Source of the DNA: a virus
Lineage: Duplodnaviria; Caudoviricetes
Virus record (IMG/VR): IMGVR_UViG_3300023180_000058
Location: 1 to 59,533 of that record
DNA length: 59,533 bases
Strand: one strand, 5' to 3'
Position numbers and translations under genes: made by a program. Positions 12,201-20,389 of this stretch are shown here, one piece after another; the first letter of the stretch is position 1, and the number at the start of each line of letters is the position of its first letter. The notes under the pieces were generated by a model. It saw only the letters and a list, made by a program, of their open reading frames with translations, had not been told where the DNA came from and made no database searches.

Positions 12201-12412
12201 TTGTGGAGTTGGCCAAGGTCGACGTTGAAGTCGCTAACAACACCACAGAAGCAACTACACCAAGTAGATTTGCAGCTGCCGCAAGTGGACGAGGGGCCAC
12301 AAGACGACGAGGCGATTCCGGCGCTGCTGAAGGTGGAGCAACATCAAGAACAACACCCGAACGGGCGGGTGTACCAAGGGGCACCGCCCCGGATTCCCCT
12401 ACCGGTGGATAA
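3224..12412 (+). CDS. Giant (3062 aa) virion/baseplate-associated protein with LamG/concanavalin-A-like domains
   Basis: LamG signatures ATVEFWLK, GWTHFAF, IKLYKNGEL, LSGSVDEFRYWKTTRT, YFKFNEG, DYSGR. A second degenerate LamG-like region lies near 5190-5950. S/T/G-rich and in the structural cluster. Confidence 0.7.
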   Translation: MTIKKYFENNSFSNNSLTDLENKEGIDFESFEYLDELEKQRTRFIPNVDFSKPENFAFYGLAEQYYKDAIARVINNYPYDGSKKELTEWYNDSTYFDLYVFENEYPRSNGYGIFSADGWGTQTSTVDGYGLPATLEYIFIKGGPNAGPNNTYVGGNIYDPSKQRNSNLALNLDTKGATVEFWLKKDEFIPSSTAREVVFDLWNNELSSSDDYGRFRIELNTSSAGAGNFASSKAFRAIIHSGSNRQEVLLGDYTTTASFISQGWTHFAFATSKSTIKLYKNGELDSSATYGSDFGNVSGTLNAFVGALITNPSGSTATTGSGKLSGSVDEFRYWKTTRTERDIERNWFTNVYGGTNTDDANTDLGVYFKFNEGITGDTTIDATVLDYSGRISNGAWTGYTSNSRNIGSAIVSASAAEKEFKDPILRTTNALYTTYYNNSLEKGKRHDLNNSSNIYFSFPDWIIDEDLESGEKLLQLAQAAASYFDTAQLQVQSLRELKDIEYSSQTDVLDDKPNPFAERLLTERGMIAPDFFVERTVLEDLSQKTSGETLESDLFDLKNLIYQNIYNNLADLVKQKGTREAIRNILHTMGVGEELVSAKTYIDSEKLVLEDEKSYNNQSIRFIDFSKINFRDAVVYQTGSTSNELGYISSSSDKNALCVESFVRFPKIDENTNIDLIPNFLVSSLFGFHDIDDTSAPYNTWQSPAAASAFVRAVKNNYLAEQVYFELSSSVVGVTALTSSNFYNVYNNSDWYFSVQLQPQDILFPSSSAPDYDLIFSGYSYSGNNLNESFVVSSSVSRATALSFLQTNQKAYIGAERTNFTAGTVYSSDVRNAGLRFWLRNLTVDEQKDHAQDFLNYGSSTRLDNAYSLTSSVRQGDLAPTDYLALNWQFDKITTTDASGLIEVLDSTSGSSERRTRGTYVNEIAGYHHPATSYEFPTSSTDVVQTLFIDSYSPVEFDGYNSDNLIQIKTTENEKYGLNSRFVSFVSTVEKSAQAGINEEMLKMFGSVKELASNFAQPADRYKKEYKNLRFLRERFFKNVANDVDVEDFLHFYRWIDNAVQALVGQFIPAAANFNEDVFNVIESHVLERNKYQTKFPTLEHRQPGLIGSAQSLSSLSPIWRLGHAPIPEAQNTNSVWWKLRVERSNPVITSGDSNVDADREQIRLVKLSTVNRSYTTPQSFKVDDFYTEKDTRKATYWDSAIKEFGTIVGSETEDYLVSYANDVASLEDSNDVVEPNKKVRMDFKVQNNRESSESYSYGKGHLLAPYTMWSSSIDTGYQADLSSNFKTDIGINNQHDDTYSKFRNAPLQSPFTEGWVGGRQYRHIALNNGSDAFGTRPEGFYLTLTGSSNKQIRVTKTSYTNDGTADSDTPRASLFRDELAKRPINIANRQYSTASSRLGNFRNEYEVVMTNGRTKNNLWFHDNFASVLSQTEIWNLNLEPGVAAVTAEAASGQIVINNNSLNGETLTIPYTDVDSVTFTYKPSPTGPLDIQIGGGAGVTATNTRNKIASAAAAPLNTLLNVGGSSATITLEFKTAYVGADRNNTITSTAGGKLSLSGFSGGVDGVDYVPATPYANGTLPTREVVKSVIVNRFSAPGGPEIQSRGYLEPTGEEFSPYNAYPFRNTSVIYSSGSGNNDFTGALGPRVNTYTNIHTQNDGLRVLLSRRRGKYGVDSVFGSVRELDYNTTGSYQQVYDNPISQSTGINYDNFFVSHQIPRTPANYSWVANALNGSSGSFSYSRNATIPSGSTSQAVPFAELISSIERTTTDNRAFTGLFSGSSTPTSAVLTSSIYASMVDQGTTEITNELTASNVGINNFHIYTHAINNSIFGHNSFSQIRGGDTRQARSLRENNTLSFSYLGSRRKVDGGSIPIELVKNISMAPIVEHYPVKHQLLIGDKKPNFQYSFGNELEYLPLSDKQINAIAGTTEIRRKKKTNFNYISDSYVLGTSTQLRNIVYKQNIWPKAERTFIKESRQRTQFAINWWSSGRSTRSRNDVDNSLGNNVLTQSIWALDGVLNPTDQPQNLFTTFVSSSTDQYSNKYIFGAGELNNDCSLSYAVLAFASSGSLRFGGIPPSPFEQLTADQVLMESKVKSSTLYSRPFTINVQNLIYSYTGSGFPDVQAFVPHQIIGATPWTAAEEAGKEPFYYEDYDAYVQEARSAGKEYSVIPEFRISETIDQILTGEDGLSTILSPMLSITGGYLVDDTNNAFYTDYVNSDFLKYFNVIKNKHDSAGIENAGVLKLSCKAIKKFLPYEGFYPAQRVLQLGTLFSQSFSDVITTNGTGHPLRTNGVNAGGSFRTAMAPFFSPGVLCNSIKSGISVGYPIFTSSFDVLTQCTGTYLGNGSTAVYDGFSARISASFNYRMPFESVTDPLSFITTIIDSEPDESAVLYSTASYDSSRAGSPLYSYAVNNFLAETMNLFLANRSVSSLVSSGENDFGPFIPGNEYRMKVRVFEEGIDMYTGDRSFGPAVDDANNTNGTPVSYLPFLPPYDIGSTTQEEGVELVFKPTAEIHSIDYILSNLTESFTIYDDLGIAEGDSFGVDGRTKLTDSIQLKRKVEVGKSSRAVPSAPEYAISIQPKWETPVLDFSHRTSSMNVTNTSAQLTFEVDYSQLSSGDTVTLPDGNIGVTFTAKNANSFSDGEVRIGVSANEFLQNLHACITSSVGGIYSKATTLNNNFTCSVNSNAFTMSARVPGALENVVYSTSDANAFFNFNETIGSGFYDNSSVSDNYYVGMWHQYGRIPTGSQGIKMQITEPIITDTTGSLAQALGFTNTPVKIGEIADKRTVKEAIVAIPYTIVEGEKRLFPIDYAQFQSAKTFVRNGERNERPPVRDEYINLARKGQEYVLPPKYDFFYNTMRLSPSPSAAGLREGIAPFAMFIFEFNMTLNRQDLADIWQNLPPTSTSGKKDLTSGFDKEESTVDVAYGEEGSWFPEGLPANTRWMVFKVKQRAAYDYYEQVRNSSLAKGLGERVNAQGAFVNPTYSYNWPYDFFSFVELAKVDVEVANNTTEATTPSRFAAAASGRGATRRRGDSGAAEGGATSRTTPERAGVPRGTAPDSPTGG

Positions 12413-12415
12413 AAA

Positions 12416-13423
12416 ATGAGCTTATTCGATTCAAAACAAGAAGTAATAAACATAGAACTAACTTCATATGGAAAAAAGAAGCTAGCATCAGGAAAGTTTA
12501 GGCCTTCCTTCTATGCTTTTTTTGATGATGACGTTATTTATGATGGAGCTTATGCTGCCTTGACAGAAAGCGCAAATGGCGAAGCAGACGATCGTGTAAG
12601 AAAAGAAACACCATACTTAAAAACAACTTATTCTATTGTTGGCGCTGATACCAAACTAAATAAAGGCAACGGCGACCAAGAACTTTTTGACAACATTCGC
12701 TTATATGAAAACAACAACTTACTCAAATATGGCTTAGGAACATCAAAAATAGGCGAAGTAACCGGATCTCAAATCAGTGTTAACTTTTTAGATGGCACAC
12801 TAACAAATGTATATACTACTGCTTCTGCATTTATCTTTGGGGAGAAAACTGCTTACGACAAGCCTCAGACAAAACTGGTTACACAAAACTTGGATTTATC
12901 CCCACACATAAGAAGCTTGCCGGACCCGTCAATGACATTCCCACCAGAGTTGACTGACCCTGATAGAATAGAACCGGCCATTGTTTCTCCGGTTCTCCAA
13001 GATAATAAGTATGTTTTTCTTGAAGTTGACGAGCTGCTCTTAGCGGTTGACGAACTAAACTCTATTGAGGCTTATGACAACTTTGAAATAAGCGTCTACA
13101 AGATCGAAACAAACGAAAATGACGAAGAAGAATATAGAAAACTAAACTTTAAAACCAAGCAAGAACAAGTCAATGAAGAAGGGTTTTTGATGGATGAAGC
13201 TGAAATCTCAGCACAAAACTCTACAATAACACCAGATGATGTTGAATATTATTTTGACATACAAATCGACGAAGAAATAGACCCGGCACTACTTACTAGT
13301 AAAGTTCCAAGAGATTCACTTGGGTACCCGATTTTAGACAATCCCTTGATTCAGAATACGTTTGATATAAGACTAGATGCGGACTTCTCCAGAAAAAGAG
13401 ATGACGCTGGGGAGCCTTGCTAA
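12416..13423 (+). CDS. Putative baseplate/tail-fibre attachment protein
   Basis: N-terminus FDSKQEVINIELTSYGKKKLASGKF...AFFDDDVIYD resembles that of the 19423 protein. Acidic C-terminal half. Confidence 0.55.
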   Translation: MSLFDSKQEVINIELTSYGKKKLASGKFRPSFYAFFDDDVIYDGAYAALTESANGEADDRVRKETPYLKTTYSIVGADTKLNKGNGDQELFDNIRLYENNNLLKYGLGTSKIGEVTGSQISVNFLDGTLTNVYTTASAFIFGEKTAYDKPQTKLVTQNLDLSPHIRSLPDPSMTFPPELTDPDRIEPAIVSPVLQDNKYVFLEVDELLLAVDELNSIEAYDNFEISVYKIETNENDEEEYRKLNFKTKQEQVNEEGFLMDEAEISAQNSTITPDDVEYYFDIQIDEEIDPALLTSKVPRDSLGYPILDNPLIQNTFDIRLDADFSRKRDDAGEPC

Positions 13424-16131
13424 TGATTATAACTACAACTGGCCAGGGCGCCGCAAAAATAAACTTTGATAAGTTGTATGTTTCTGAATCGGGGACGAAA
13501 GTAGATCTAAGTCTTGAAATTCCAACAAGGTCAGCCGTTAAATATGCCCGACTAGGCATACAGATGCAGTTCCGGCTGACAACTGTTGCTATCCCTGATG
13601 ACTTACAATACAATGCGTACAAAGAAGACCAAGACCGGCTAAAAAGAGATGTTCTGCAAAAAAGCCTCCCAACAGAATCAAAATACGTTGATATTGATTT
13701 TTCTTTTTTAGATAGCGCACCCATAAGAACAACACCAGATGGCAACAGCGTATATAGGATAGGTACTTTTGATGTCCAACACACACAAGAAGCATTTAAA
13801 AGAAGAAACATTTTTGCTTTTTGTACTAGGATAATCGACTATTCTCCATCATTTCTTTCCAGAGTCACAAGATTTATAAGTTCTACTTTTTTTTCAATAA
13901 AAGAAGGAAATGAAATATACACGCCGCCAAACCCTGACGTCTTAGTACTGGAAGCTTCTTTGAACACCCTGTTAAGAAACGCACTGGAGGTTGAACCCGA
14001 AACCACCGTATCCAAGCCGACAGCGTTCTCTCAGCTGTTTCCAAGCATAAAAGATGATGGATTTAACTTTTTATATTTCCTTGATTTAAGACAGGTCCTA
14101 GAAAACAACTCTGATTTATTTTCTTTGTTATCTAAAAACGAGCAAGAAAGAGCAATAGAATCAACAATCATCAAAGATCAGTTGTTTTTAAAAGAAAGCA
14201 ATGTTAAACCTACAGCGCCAGAGTTCTTGAATAACGCTTTACAAGTTTCACAAGCAACCGGTCGCACGATCTTAAACCTCCCAGAGAACGTTATAGCTTT
14301 TACCGGCGGCGACGAGATAAAAGAATACTCAAAAAATCTAAAATACAAATTTAATACAAACATTATTTTTCTTAATGGCATTTATCCTGTTATAGAGCGA
14401 CTAATAAATAACATAAGAGAGATTGAAAGCTTTAGATCCTTTATGGACGACGCTTTTGCCAGGACAGTTTTTTATAATAGAAGAACACAAGCTTTTTACC
14501 GAAATGGCTTGCCAACATTACGAGAAGATCTTCGGAGAGAGTTTAACATCAGCAAAGCTCAAGATTATCCGGATCGCATAGACTATTTTATCAAAGTCAT
14601 GGAAGAGATAATCCAAGCAACTGCAAAGTTTGATTCTGTTTTTCTGGAGCCGATTGTGCGACGAGCTGTTGAACAACTAAGAAAACTAATCTCTTTGGAT
14701 GAAAATGCGAACACAAATGAATACTCTTTTGAGTTATTCTTTAGGTTCTTTGATAGCCTAGTGAAAGAACTTCAGCAAGTTTTCCTTGGGGTTGGTTTCC
14801 AATTATCGGGCGCCTTTAGCGGGAAGGGAAAGAGTGGGAGCTCAACAAACCCTGAGAAAACTCTAATCAAAGTCAAGCACTTTTTTGGATATGAGTTTAA
14901 GCCAGAAGATTATTATTTAAAGTATTCTTACATGGACAACACGACACAGGCCAGCTTCCCGACGATACCCGAAAGCACTTATAGGCTTTTGATGAACAGA
15001 AATATACGCAAGTATTTCACATCAGACACCCCCACAAGGTCTCCTGCCATAGCCGGTGAAGAGAATAAGGATCGTTATAGTGTAGTGCCAACAATGAACT
15101 ATCTTACTGTCCGATCGGTAAAGAAGCGAAACGAAGTTGTTTTTGATAACACTAGTCCAAATTTTTCTTCGGAGATGTCAGAAGTCCAAGGCGCAAAATC
15201 TAGTTATCTAACAGCATTAAACATCATCAAAAATAAACTGCTAAGCATCAACATTGAGCGCCTTGAAGACATATCACCAGAAAGCCCAGCGCTAAAAGCC
15301 AGCTTATACAATGCGATAAACGAAGTATACAACCTTATTTCCTTTATTCCATTTCCTTTCGTTGTCGACAAATCTGATGACTTTAGAAGAGAAACAACCG
15401 ATTCTATCCTAGAAAGCGCAGTATCAAATGATGTTTTGCGTCCATCGGAAGACGAAAATAACGAAATCGTAGAAGCAATCTACAATCTGGATGGAGATTT
15501 TGAGAATCTAGACGAACTAAACGCAACCATTGAGAACAGACTAAGTGTCCTAACTCTATTTCTAGATTATGTTGAGAATCTAATAGAGCACCCAGCCAAT
15601 CATGACTTCGCCTTGTTAAATGCTAGATTGAGAAATTCAGATCAATTTTTAAGATCCATAAGATCAATCAGTGGAATTGAGACAGTTAACGGCGAGGGTA
15701 GGACTACCTCAGAGATTAGATTACCATATCCTTTATATTCGCTTTATGAGACATTCCAAACAACTCCAGCTGGAGGAAGAATAACTTTCTTTTGGGGCGG
15801 GCGGTCAGTCTTGGAAAACCCTCTCAATTCATCGTTTATCAGGCTCAACTTCGCAAACATCAAAGAAATACAAGTCTTAACAGGATTTAACACCCTAGAA
15901 GGCGGCCGCCCAAATCTTGCCAGTCCTGTTTTTGAGGCTGTATCGCCATTTGAAATTTTTGAGCCGAACAGCGCACTATTTTGTAAGATGTCTAATTATA
16001 ACATAGGGTATAAAAATACTATGTGGTATTTGAACAGCAATAACCTTTTGGGGCTCAAGGGAGAAGCAGAGCATTTCCTCATGATCAACATTGAGTCAAG
16101 TCCCGTAGTGTCCATCGAGCCCGGTACTTAA
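13423..16131 (+). CDS. Hypothetical protein (probable virion protein)
   Basis: About 900-aa ORF. ATG overlapping the upstream TAA (TAATG) preferred over the TTG at 13417. No motif recognised. Confidence 0.55.
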   Translation: MIITTTGQGAAKINFDKLYVSESGTKVDLSLEIPTRSAVKYARLGIQMQFRLTTVAIPDDLQYNAYKEDQDRLKRDVLQKSLPTESKYVDIDFSFLDSAPIRTTPDGNSVYRIGTFDVQHTQEAFKRRNIFAFCTRIIDYSPSFLSRVTRFISSTFFSIKEGNEIYTPPNPDVLVLEASLNTLLRNALEVEPETTVSKPTAFSQLFPSIKDDGFNFLYFLDLRQVLENNSDLFSLLSKNEQERAIESTIIKDQLFLKESNVKPTAPEFLNNALQVSQATGRTILNLPENVIAFTGGDEIKEYSKNLKYKFNTNIIFLNGIYPVIERLINNIREIESFRSFMDDAFARTVFYNRRTQAFYRNGLPTLREDLRREFNISKAQDYPDRIDYFIKVMEEIIQATAKFDSVFLEPIVRRAVEQLRKLISLDENANTNEYSFELFFRFFDSLVKELQQVFLGVGFQLSGAFSGKGKSGSSTNPEKTLIKVKHFFGYEFKPEDYYLKYSYMDNTTQASFPTIPESTYRLLMNRNIRKYFTSDTPTRSPAIAGEENKDRYSVVPTMNYLTVRSVKKRNEVVFDNTSPNFSSEMSEVQGAKSSYLTALNIIKNKLLSINIERLEDISPESPALKASLYNAINEVYNLISFIPFPFVVDKSDDFRRETTDSILESAVSNDVLRPSEDENNEIVEAIYNLDGDFENLDELNATIENRLSVLTLFLDYVENLIEHPANHDFALLNARLRNSDQFLRSIRSISGIETVNGEGRTTSEIRLPYPLYSLYETFQTTPAGGRITFFWGGRSVLENPLNSSFIRLNFANIKEIQVLTGFNTLEGGRPNLASPVFEAVSPFEIFEPNSALFCKMSNYNIGYKNTMWYLNSNNLLGLKGEAEHFLMINIESSPVVSIEPGT

Positions 16132-16145
16132 GAATAAAAATTATA

Positions 16146-19100
16146 ATGCCAGCATCTTTATCAAATAGAAGTTTACAGTTTTACAACAATGAAACTGTTT
16201 TTGATTTAAACTTAAAGCAGACAGTCTTCCTTCCGACGGACGCCAGCGTCGACGTTTTCCGTTATCTAACCGGACTGGCCAGATACAAAACAACAACCGG
16301 TGAAGAAGTCACGTTAGGTAACATTACTGAGTTTGCCGTCGACGGCGGCGCAGAGATTATTGACAGTTCCGGCGGGGGTACCGTTGTAAGATTTGATGAG
16401 GGCTTTCAGCGTGATTACCGCATACCTTTCTCAGAGATCGCATTTATAAGAAACAGAACAACCCAAAAGGTTGATAACGATCCAGGATCTTTATTTTATG
16501 AGTCTTTTCAAGACATTAGATTTTACTTTCGAAGTTTAGATTGGGTGAAAATCTTTTATTCAAAGGAGGTCTTCGAAGAGTTTCTTCAGAGGGGCGATTT
16601 CGAAGGAGAACTGTACGTCTCCGCCAGTGAGGACGTACCCGACATCGAGGGCGAGCGAATGCTGATGGAGAAGTGTGAGGCGACAATATCTGACTTGGCG
16701 CCGAGAACCGCCGGACTTAGTTCGATAGGATTCGTTCGTCGCCCGGCATCCATGTCGACGTGGTTAGATACATTTACGATCAATTCATATTCAGACCTAA
16801 ACATCAACACTAAAGCGCCAGTGCCCGAGACGCTAATAAAGATGGAGAAAGAGTCAAATTTAGAAGCAGTATCTGATTTAAGATTTATTGTCGACGAGAA
16901 CTACAATTTCTTATCTAGAGAGTTCGAATTCGGAGAAAGAGCGCCGGCAAACCGATTCTACACAGGCTTTGAGGAAAGTTTGATGCCATCAAGCTATCTT
17001 TTAAGTGTAATATCATATTTAGAGGGGTTGCTACAAGATGCTGAGGCCGAGAGACCAAGAACGAGAACTGAAGGCGAAATAAAAAGTATTGGTATGTATA
17101 TTGGTGTTCTCAAGAGTGCACTCTTTTTTGGTGATAATAATTTTGAACAACCACTACAATCAAGGTTTGGCCCGAAATCTAAAGATAAACTAACAAGAGA
17201 TTTATACAACAAGTTTGGCATTTCAATCAAAAACCTTGATGATTTTCAGTTCCAAGTGGCATATGGAGATTTGGCTGAACAACAAAAGAGAAGATTAATC
17301 TTGATTGATCCGACAGTCTCACAAAACTTTAATTTTCAATCGCTCTTCCCATTCGGCAACAGAATAGAGATCTCGGATCTTCCTTCAAGTCAGCCTAATT
17401 TGCACCTGTTGGACACCCTGACACGCTATAGCCTAGAAACAGAAATAATGCTTAACTTGATGGATGGCACGACAACACCTGGCAGTGTGATAACATCAAG
17501 ACGAAAAAATCTCTTCATTGCTGATTACTTTACCGGACGACGAACAACAACCTCGTCTAGATCAACAAGAGAGTTTGATTTTTCTACAATCTTCGACAAC
17601 ACAACACAACCATATACCATTAATAGTTTGACCGGAAGAATTGGATTTTTTGATAAATCCGACATTCTTGATCAAATAGTTCAGTTTAACTCAAACTTTA
17701 CAACACCCTACAAGAATAATCTCAACTTAACCAACTATAGAGATGAAGGATTTGCTTCAAACCTTGAATTTCTTAATCAACTTAGAATAACCATCCAAAA
17801 CATTTCATCAGACAGCCTTCCGAGCCTTCAAGACCTATTTTTGTCAAGAAAGAACAATTATTTTGAGATTTTTGCTTACAAGGTTGTTAAAAGAAACATT
17901 TCAACAGGAGCCCAACAGCAATTCTTTATTCTCAACAGACAAAAAGAACTTGTAGAGTTTTTTGATACTCAAGTTAAGCCAAATCAAGAATACGAATACT
18001 CTTTATCTGCATTAGCATTTGTTTTAGAAAATTCTTATCGCTATGAGAAGCCTCTAGATGAAGATATAGAATCTGGTGTTGACCTTGATGGAGGTTTTCG
18101 TTCCGAACAAAACAGATACATTTTAGGCTCAAGGGTAAGAATCAGACAACAACCAAAGATAATAGAACTTCCATTGGCTTTTGAGAACTCAGTTTTAACA
18201 GACGCTCCTCCAGTTAGGCCGAACGTTGAGTTTTATCCAGTAAAAGACTTTAATGACAGAGTTAAGATTAGACTCTCATCAATGAACGCAACAGAGCACG
18301 CATTGCCTGTGGCGATTGAGAGCGGAGATGTAGCTTTATTCCAAAAGATAAGACGATCTCAAAAAGTAAATACAAATGAAAAGATAAGATTCCACTCAGA
18401 CGAGACCCCAGCAGCCTTTGAGGTGTTCAGGTTGGAACAAAAGCCAGAATCAATTCAAGATTTTGTTAGAGGAAAAAGAATCATAAGAAGTGTAACATCA
18501 AATGATCAAAGCACAGATGGCACTTCCTTTATGGATGGTATAGTTGCTAATGTAGACTATTACTATCTTTTCAGAACCTTGGACTTTCACGGAAACATCT
18601 CCAACCCAACTGAAGTATTTAAGTTTACGTTAGTTGATAACGAAGGAGCGCTCCAGCCTTTACTTTCTACGTTTTCTCTTGAAGAAATGTTTGGCACTCT
18701 ACAGGAATTCGGACTTTTCTTCAGAAAAAAGAAAAAAGATACTAACTCCAAAAATGTAAGAAGGTTTATAAAGATTAGGCCTAACGCTCAAGAAATCTCT
18801 TTTGTTCCTGGACAATTTAATGGAAAGAGATCAGAGGATGTTTCATCAGTAACTCTTGGTAGAGTCGTTGTACCATCATTTTTTCCAGGAAGTGAAGGGC
18901 CAGATAGGGTAGAAACACAAAACAACATTATCAATCAAAGATACATGCTTGAATTAAAATCTAAAAAAACAGGCAAGTCAATCTTTATTGAGTTTAAATA
19001 TGTTCTAAACAATTTTAACATTGCAACATTGGAAAGAAGAACCATGGTACCGGATACTGTCACAGAAAGAGACATACAAGATGCCATAGCAAGAAGAAAC

Positions 19101-19334
19101 GAAGGCGGACCGGACGGTGGGTACCGTGGAGGGGAAGTCTCCGAAATTCTGCCACCGGGTACCAGCACAAGAACGATCCCCGCAGGCAGCAGCGACGGCG
19201 ACTCCGGAGGTGGTGGCAAACTTCCCGACGATAGACGTGACACCGGCGAGCGTAGTGACTTTGGAGGATACGGAGGTGGTGGCAAACTTCCCGACGATAG
19301 ACGTGGCACTGGCGATCGACGATTCCTTCCGTGA
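16146..19334 (+). CDS. Hypothetical virion protein with FN3-like segments and a Gly/Asp/Arg-rich C-terminal tail
   Basis: 1062 aa. FFDTQVKPNQEYEYSL and FMDGIVANVDYYYLFRTLDFHGNISNPT resemble fibronectin-III ends. Repeated GGGGKLPDDRR near the C-terminus. Confidence 0.55.
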   Translation: MPASLSNRSLQFYNNETVFDLNLKQTVFLPTDASVDVFRYLTGLARYKTTTGEEVTLGNITEFAVDGGAEIIDSSGGGTVVRFDEGFQRDYRIPFSEIAFIRNRTTQKVDNDPGSLFYESFQDIRFYFRSLDWVKIFYSKEVFEEFLQRGDFEGELYVSASEDVPDIEGERMLMEKCEATISDLAPRTAGLSSIGFVRRPASMSTWLDTFTINSYSDLNINTKAPVPETLIKMEKESNLEAVSDLRFIVDENYNFLSREFEFGERAPANRFYTGFEESLMPSSYLLSVISYLEGLLQDAEAERPRTRTEGEIKSIGMYIGVLKSALFFGDNNFEQPLQSRFGPKSKDKLTRDLYNKFGISIKNLDDFQFQVAYGDLAEQQKRRLILIDPTVSQNFNFQSLFPFGNRIEISDLPSSQPNLHLLDTLTRYSLETEIMLNLMDGTTTPGSVITSRRKNLFIADYFTGRRTTTSSRSTREFDFSTIFDNTTQPYTINSLTGRIGFFDKSDILDQIVQFNSNFTTPYKNNLNLTNYRDEGFASNLEFLNQLRITIQNISSDSLPSLQDLFLSRKNNYFEIFAYKVVKRNISTGAQQQFFILNRQKELVEFFDTQVKPNQEYEYSLSALAFVLENSYRYEKPLDEDIESGVDLDGGFRSEQNRYILGSRVRIRQQPKIIELPLAFENSVLTDAPPVRPNVEFYPVKDFNDRVKIRLSSMNATEHALPVAIESGDVALFQKIRRSQKVNTNEKIRFHSDETPAAFEVFRLEQKPESIQDFVRGKRIIRSVTSNDQSTDGTSFMDGIVANVDYYYLFRTLDFHGNISNPTEVFKFTLVDNEGALQPLLSTFSLEEMFGTLQEFGLFFRKKKKDTNSKNVRRFIKIRPNAQEISFVPGQFNGKRSEDVSSVTLGRVVVPSFFPGSEGPDRVETQNNIINQRYMLELKSKKTGKSIFIEFKYVLNNFNIATLERRTMVPDTVTERDIQDAIARRNEGGPDGGYRGGEVSEILPPGTSTRTIPAGSSDGDSGGGGKLPDDRRDTGERSDFGGYGGGGKLPDDRRGTGDRRFLP
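19205..19315 (+). repeat. In-frame direct repeat, 35 nt exact, period 66 nt
   Basis: cggaggtggtggcaaacttcccgacgatagacgtg at 19205-19239 and 19271-19305. Similarity extends about 10 nt further with 2 mismatches. Confidence 0.9.
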
Positions 19335-19393
19335 ACTCAATCCGACAACTGATGACGATACAACTTATATAATAGAATAAAAATTATTTAACA

Positions 19394-19403
19394 ACTATTT
19401 ATA
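19394..19403 (+). promoter_or_regulatory. Putative late promoter motif ACTATTTATA
   Basis: Intergenic, upstream of SD AAGGAG and ATG 19423. Confidence 0.7.
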
Positions 19404-19422
19404 GTAAGAAAAGGAGTAACTC

Positions 19423-20370
19423 ATGGCATTTTTAGACAATTCAGGCGACATTATACTCGATGCAGTCTTGACAGATGAAGGGCGACGACGCCTAGCAGAA
19501 GGAAAAGGAACATTTAGAATCACAAAGTTTGCTTTAGGCGACGATGAGATTGATTATGGACTTTACGACAAGGACCACCCAAGTGGGTCTGCCTATTTCG
19601 ATCTAGAGATCCTTCAAACTCCTATTTTTGAAGCATTCACGAACAATGGGTCGTCAATGAAGTCAAAAATCATAACAATCAACAATCCAAACTTGCTTTA
19701 CCTGCCGGTCATCAAACTCAACGATACGGACAGCCGAGGACCAGTAGCATCAAATTTTGGTGCAGATACATTTTTAATCCCTGTCGATAAAACAACAAAC
19801 GATAAATTCTCAGGGGATACCATTGGCATCTTGCGCTCTCCTGCTGACGATGAACTATCCTCTACCGGCGATAAATTCATTAGGGTAGATCAGGGTCTAG
19901 ATACTACGTCTATTAGCCCCGGCGCTGGCCTATCATCCGATCTTAGAGAAGATACATTTATAATCGAGATGGACAATCGATTAGGTGGTCTAATTTCTGG
20001 CGAAGGAAAGACCCCGACAGAAAAGACCCCAAGTAACGTTGATGATGATGATATTGCAACTTACATGGTCAGTGCAACAACAGACAGAACCTTTGTAACA
20101 GCGAATGAAAATACAACTGGACAAACTGATCAGGTTATTTCAGGTCCTAGAGGAAATATTTTGCAGTTCCGTATTCGTCCGAAGATTGACTTGGCAGAAT
20201 CAGATTACTACTTTGACTTATTCGGTTCTGTTGATACTAGCGCCACAATTGACAATTACGAAGATCTATCAGCCAATGTTAAGTATATTGACTCATTTGT
20301 TACAATCTATGGTGCGTCAACCGGTTATACCGTCCAGATACCAATCAGGTTCTTAAAAGATAATTCATAA
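19423..20370 (+). CDS. Putative baseplate/tail-fibre attachment protein
   Basis: N-terminal DAVLTDEGRRRLAEG...FRITKFALGDDEIDY resembles the start of P2 gpH/DUF3751-type tail-collar domains. Strong SD. Confidence 0.6.
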   Translation: MAFLDNSGDIILDAVLTDEGRRRLAEGKGTFRITKFALGDDEIDYGLYDKDHPSGSAYFDLEILQTPIFEAFTNNGSSMKSKIITINNPNLLYLPVIKLNDTDSRGPVASNFGADTFLIPVDKTTNDKFSGDTIGILRSPADDELSSTGDKFIRVDQGLDTTSISPGAGLSSDLREDTFIIEMDNRLGGLISGEGKTPTEKTPSNVDDDDIATYMVSATTDRTFVTANENTTGQTDQVISGPRGNILQFRIRPKIDLAESDYYFDLFGSVDTSATIDNYEDLSANVKYIDSFVTIYGASTGYTVQIPIRFLKDNS

Positions 20371-20389
20371 TAAATAAAAGAGAGAAAAA

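Noticed and set aside
19205-19305. 35-nt repeat separated by 31 nt, CRISPR-like geometry
   Set aside because: Only two copies, period 66 nt is in frame within a CDS, similarity extends past the repeat, and no cas genes are present. It is a coding duplication.
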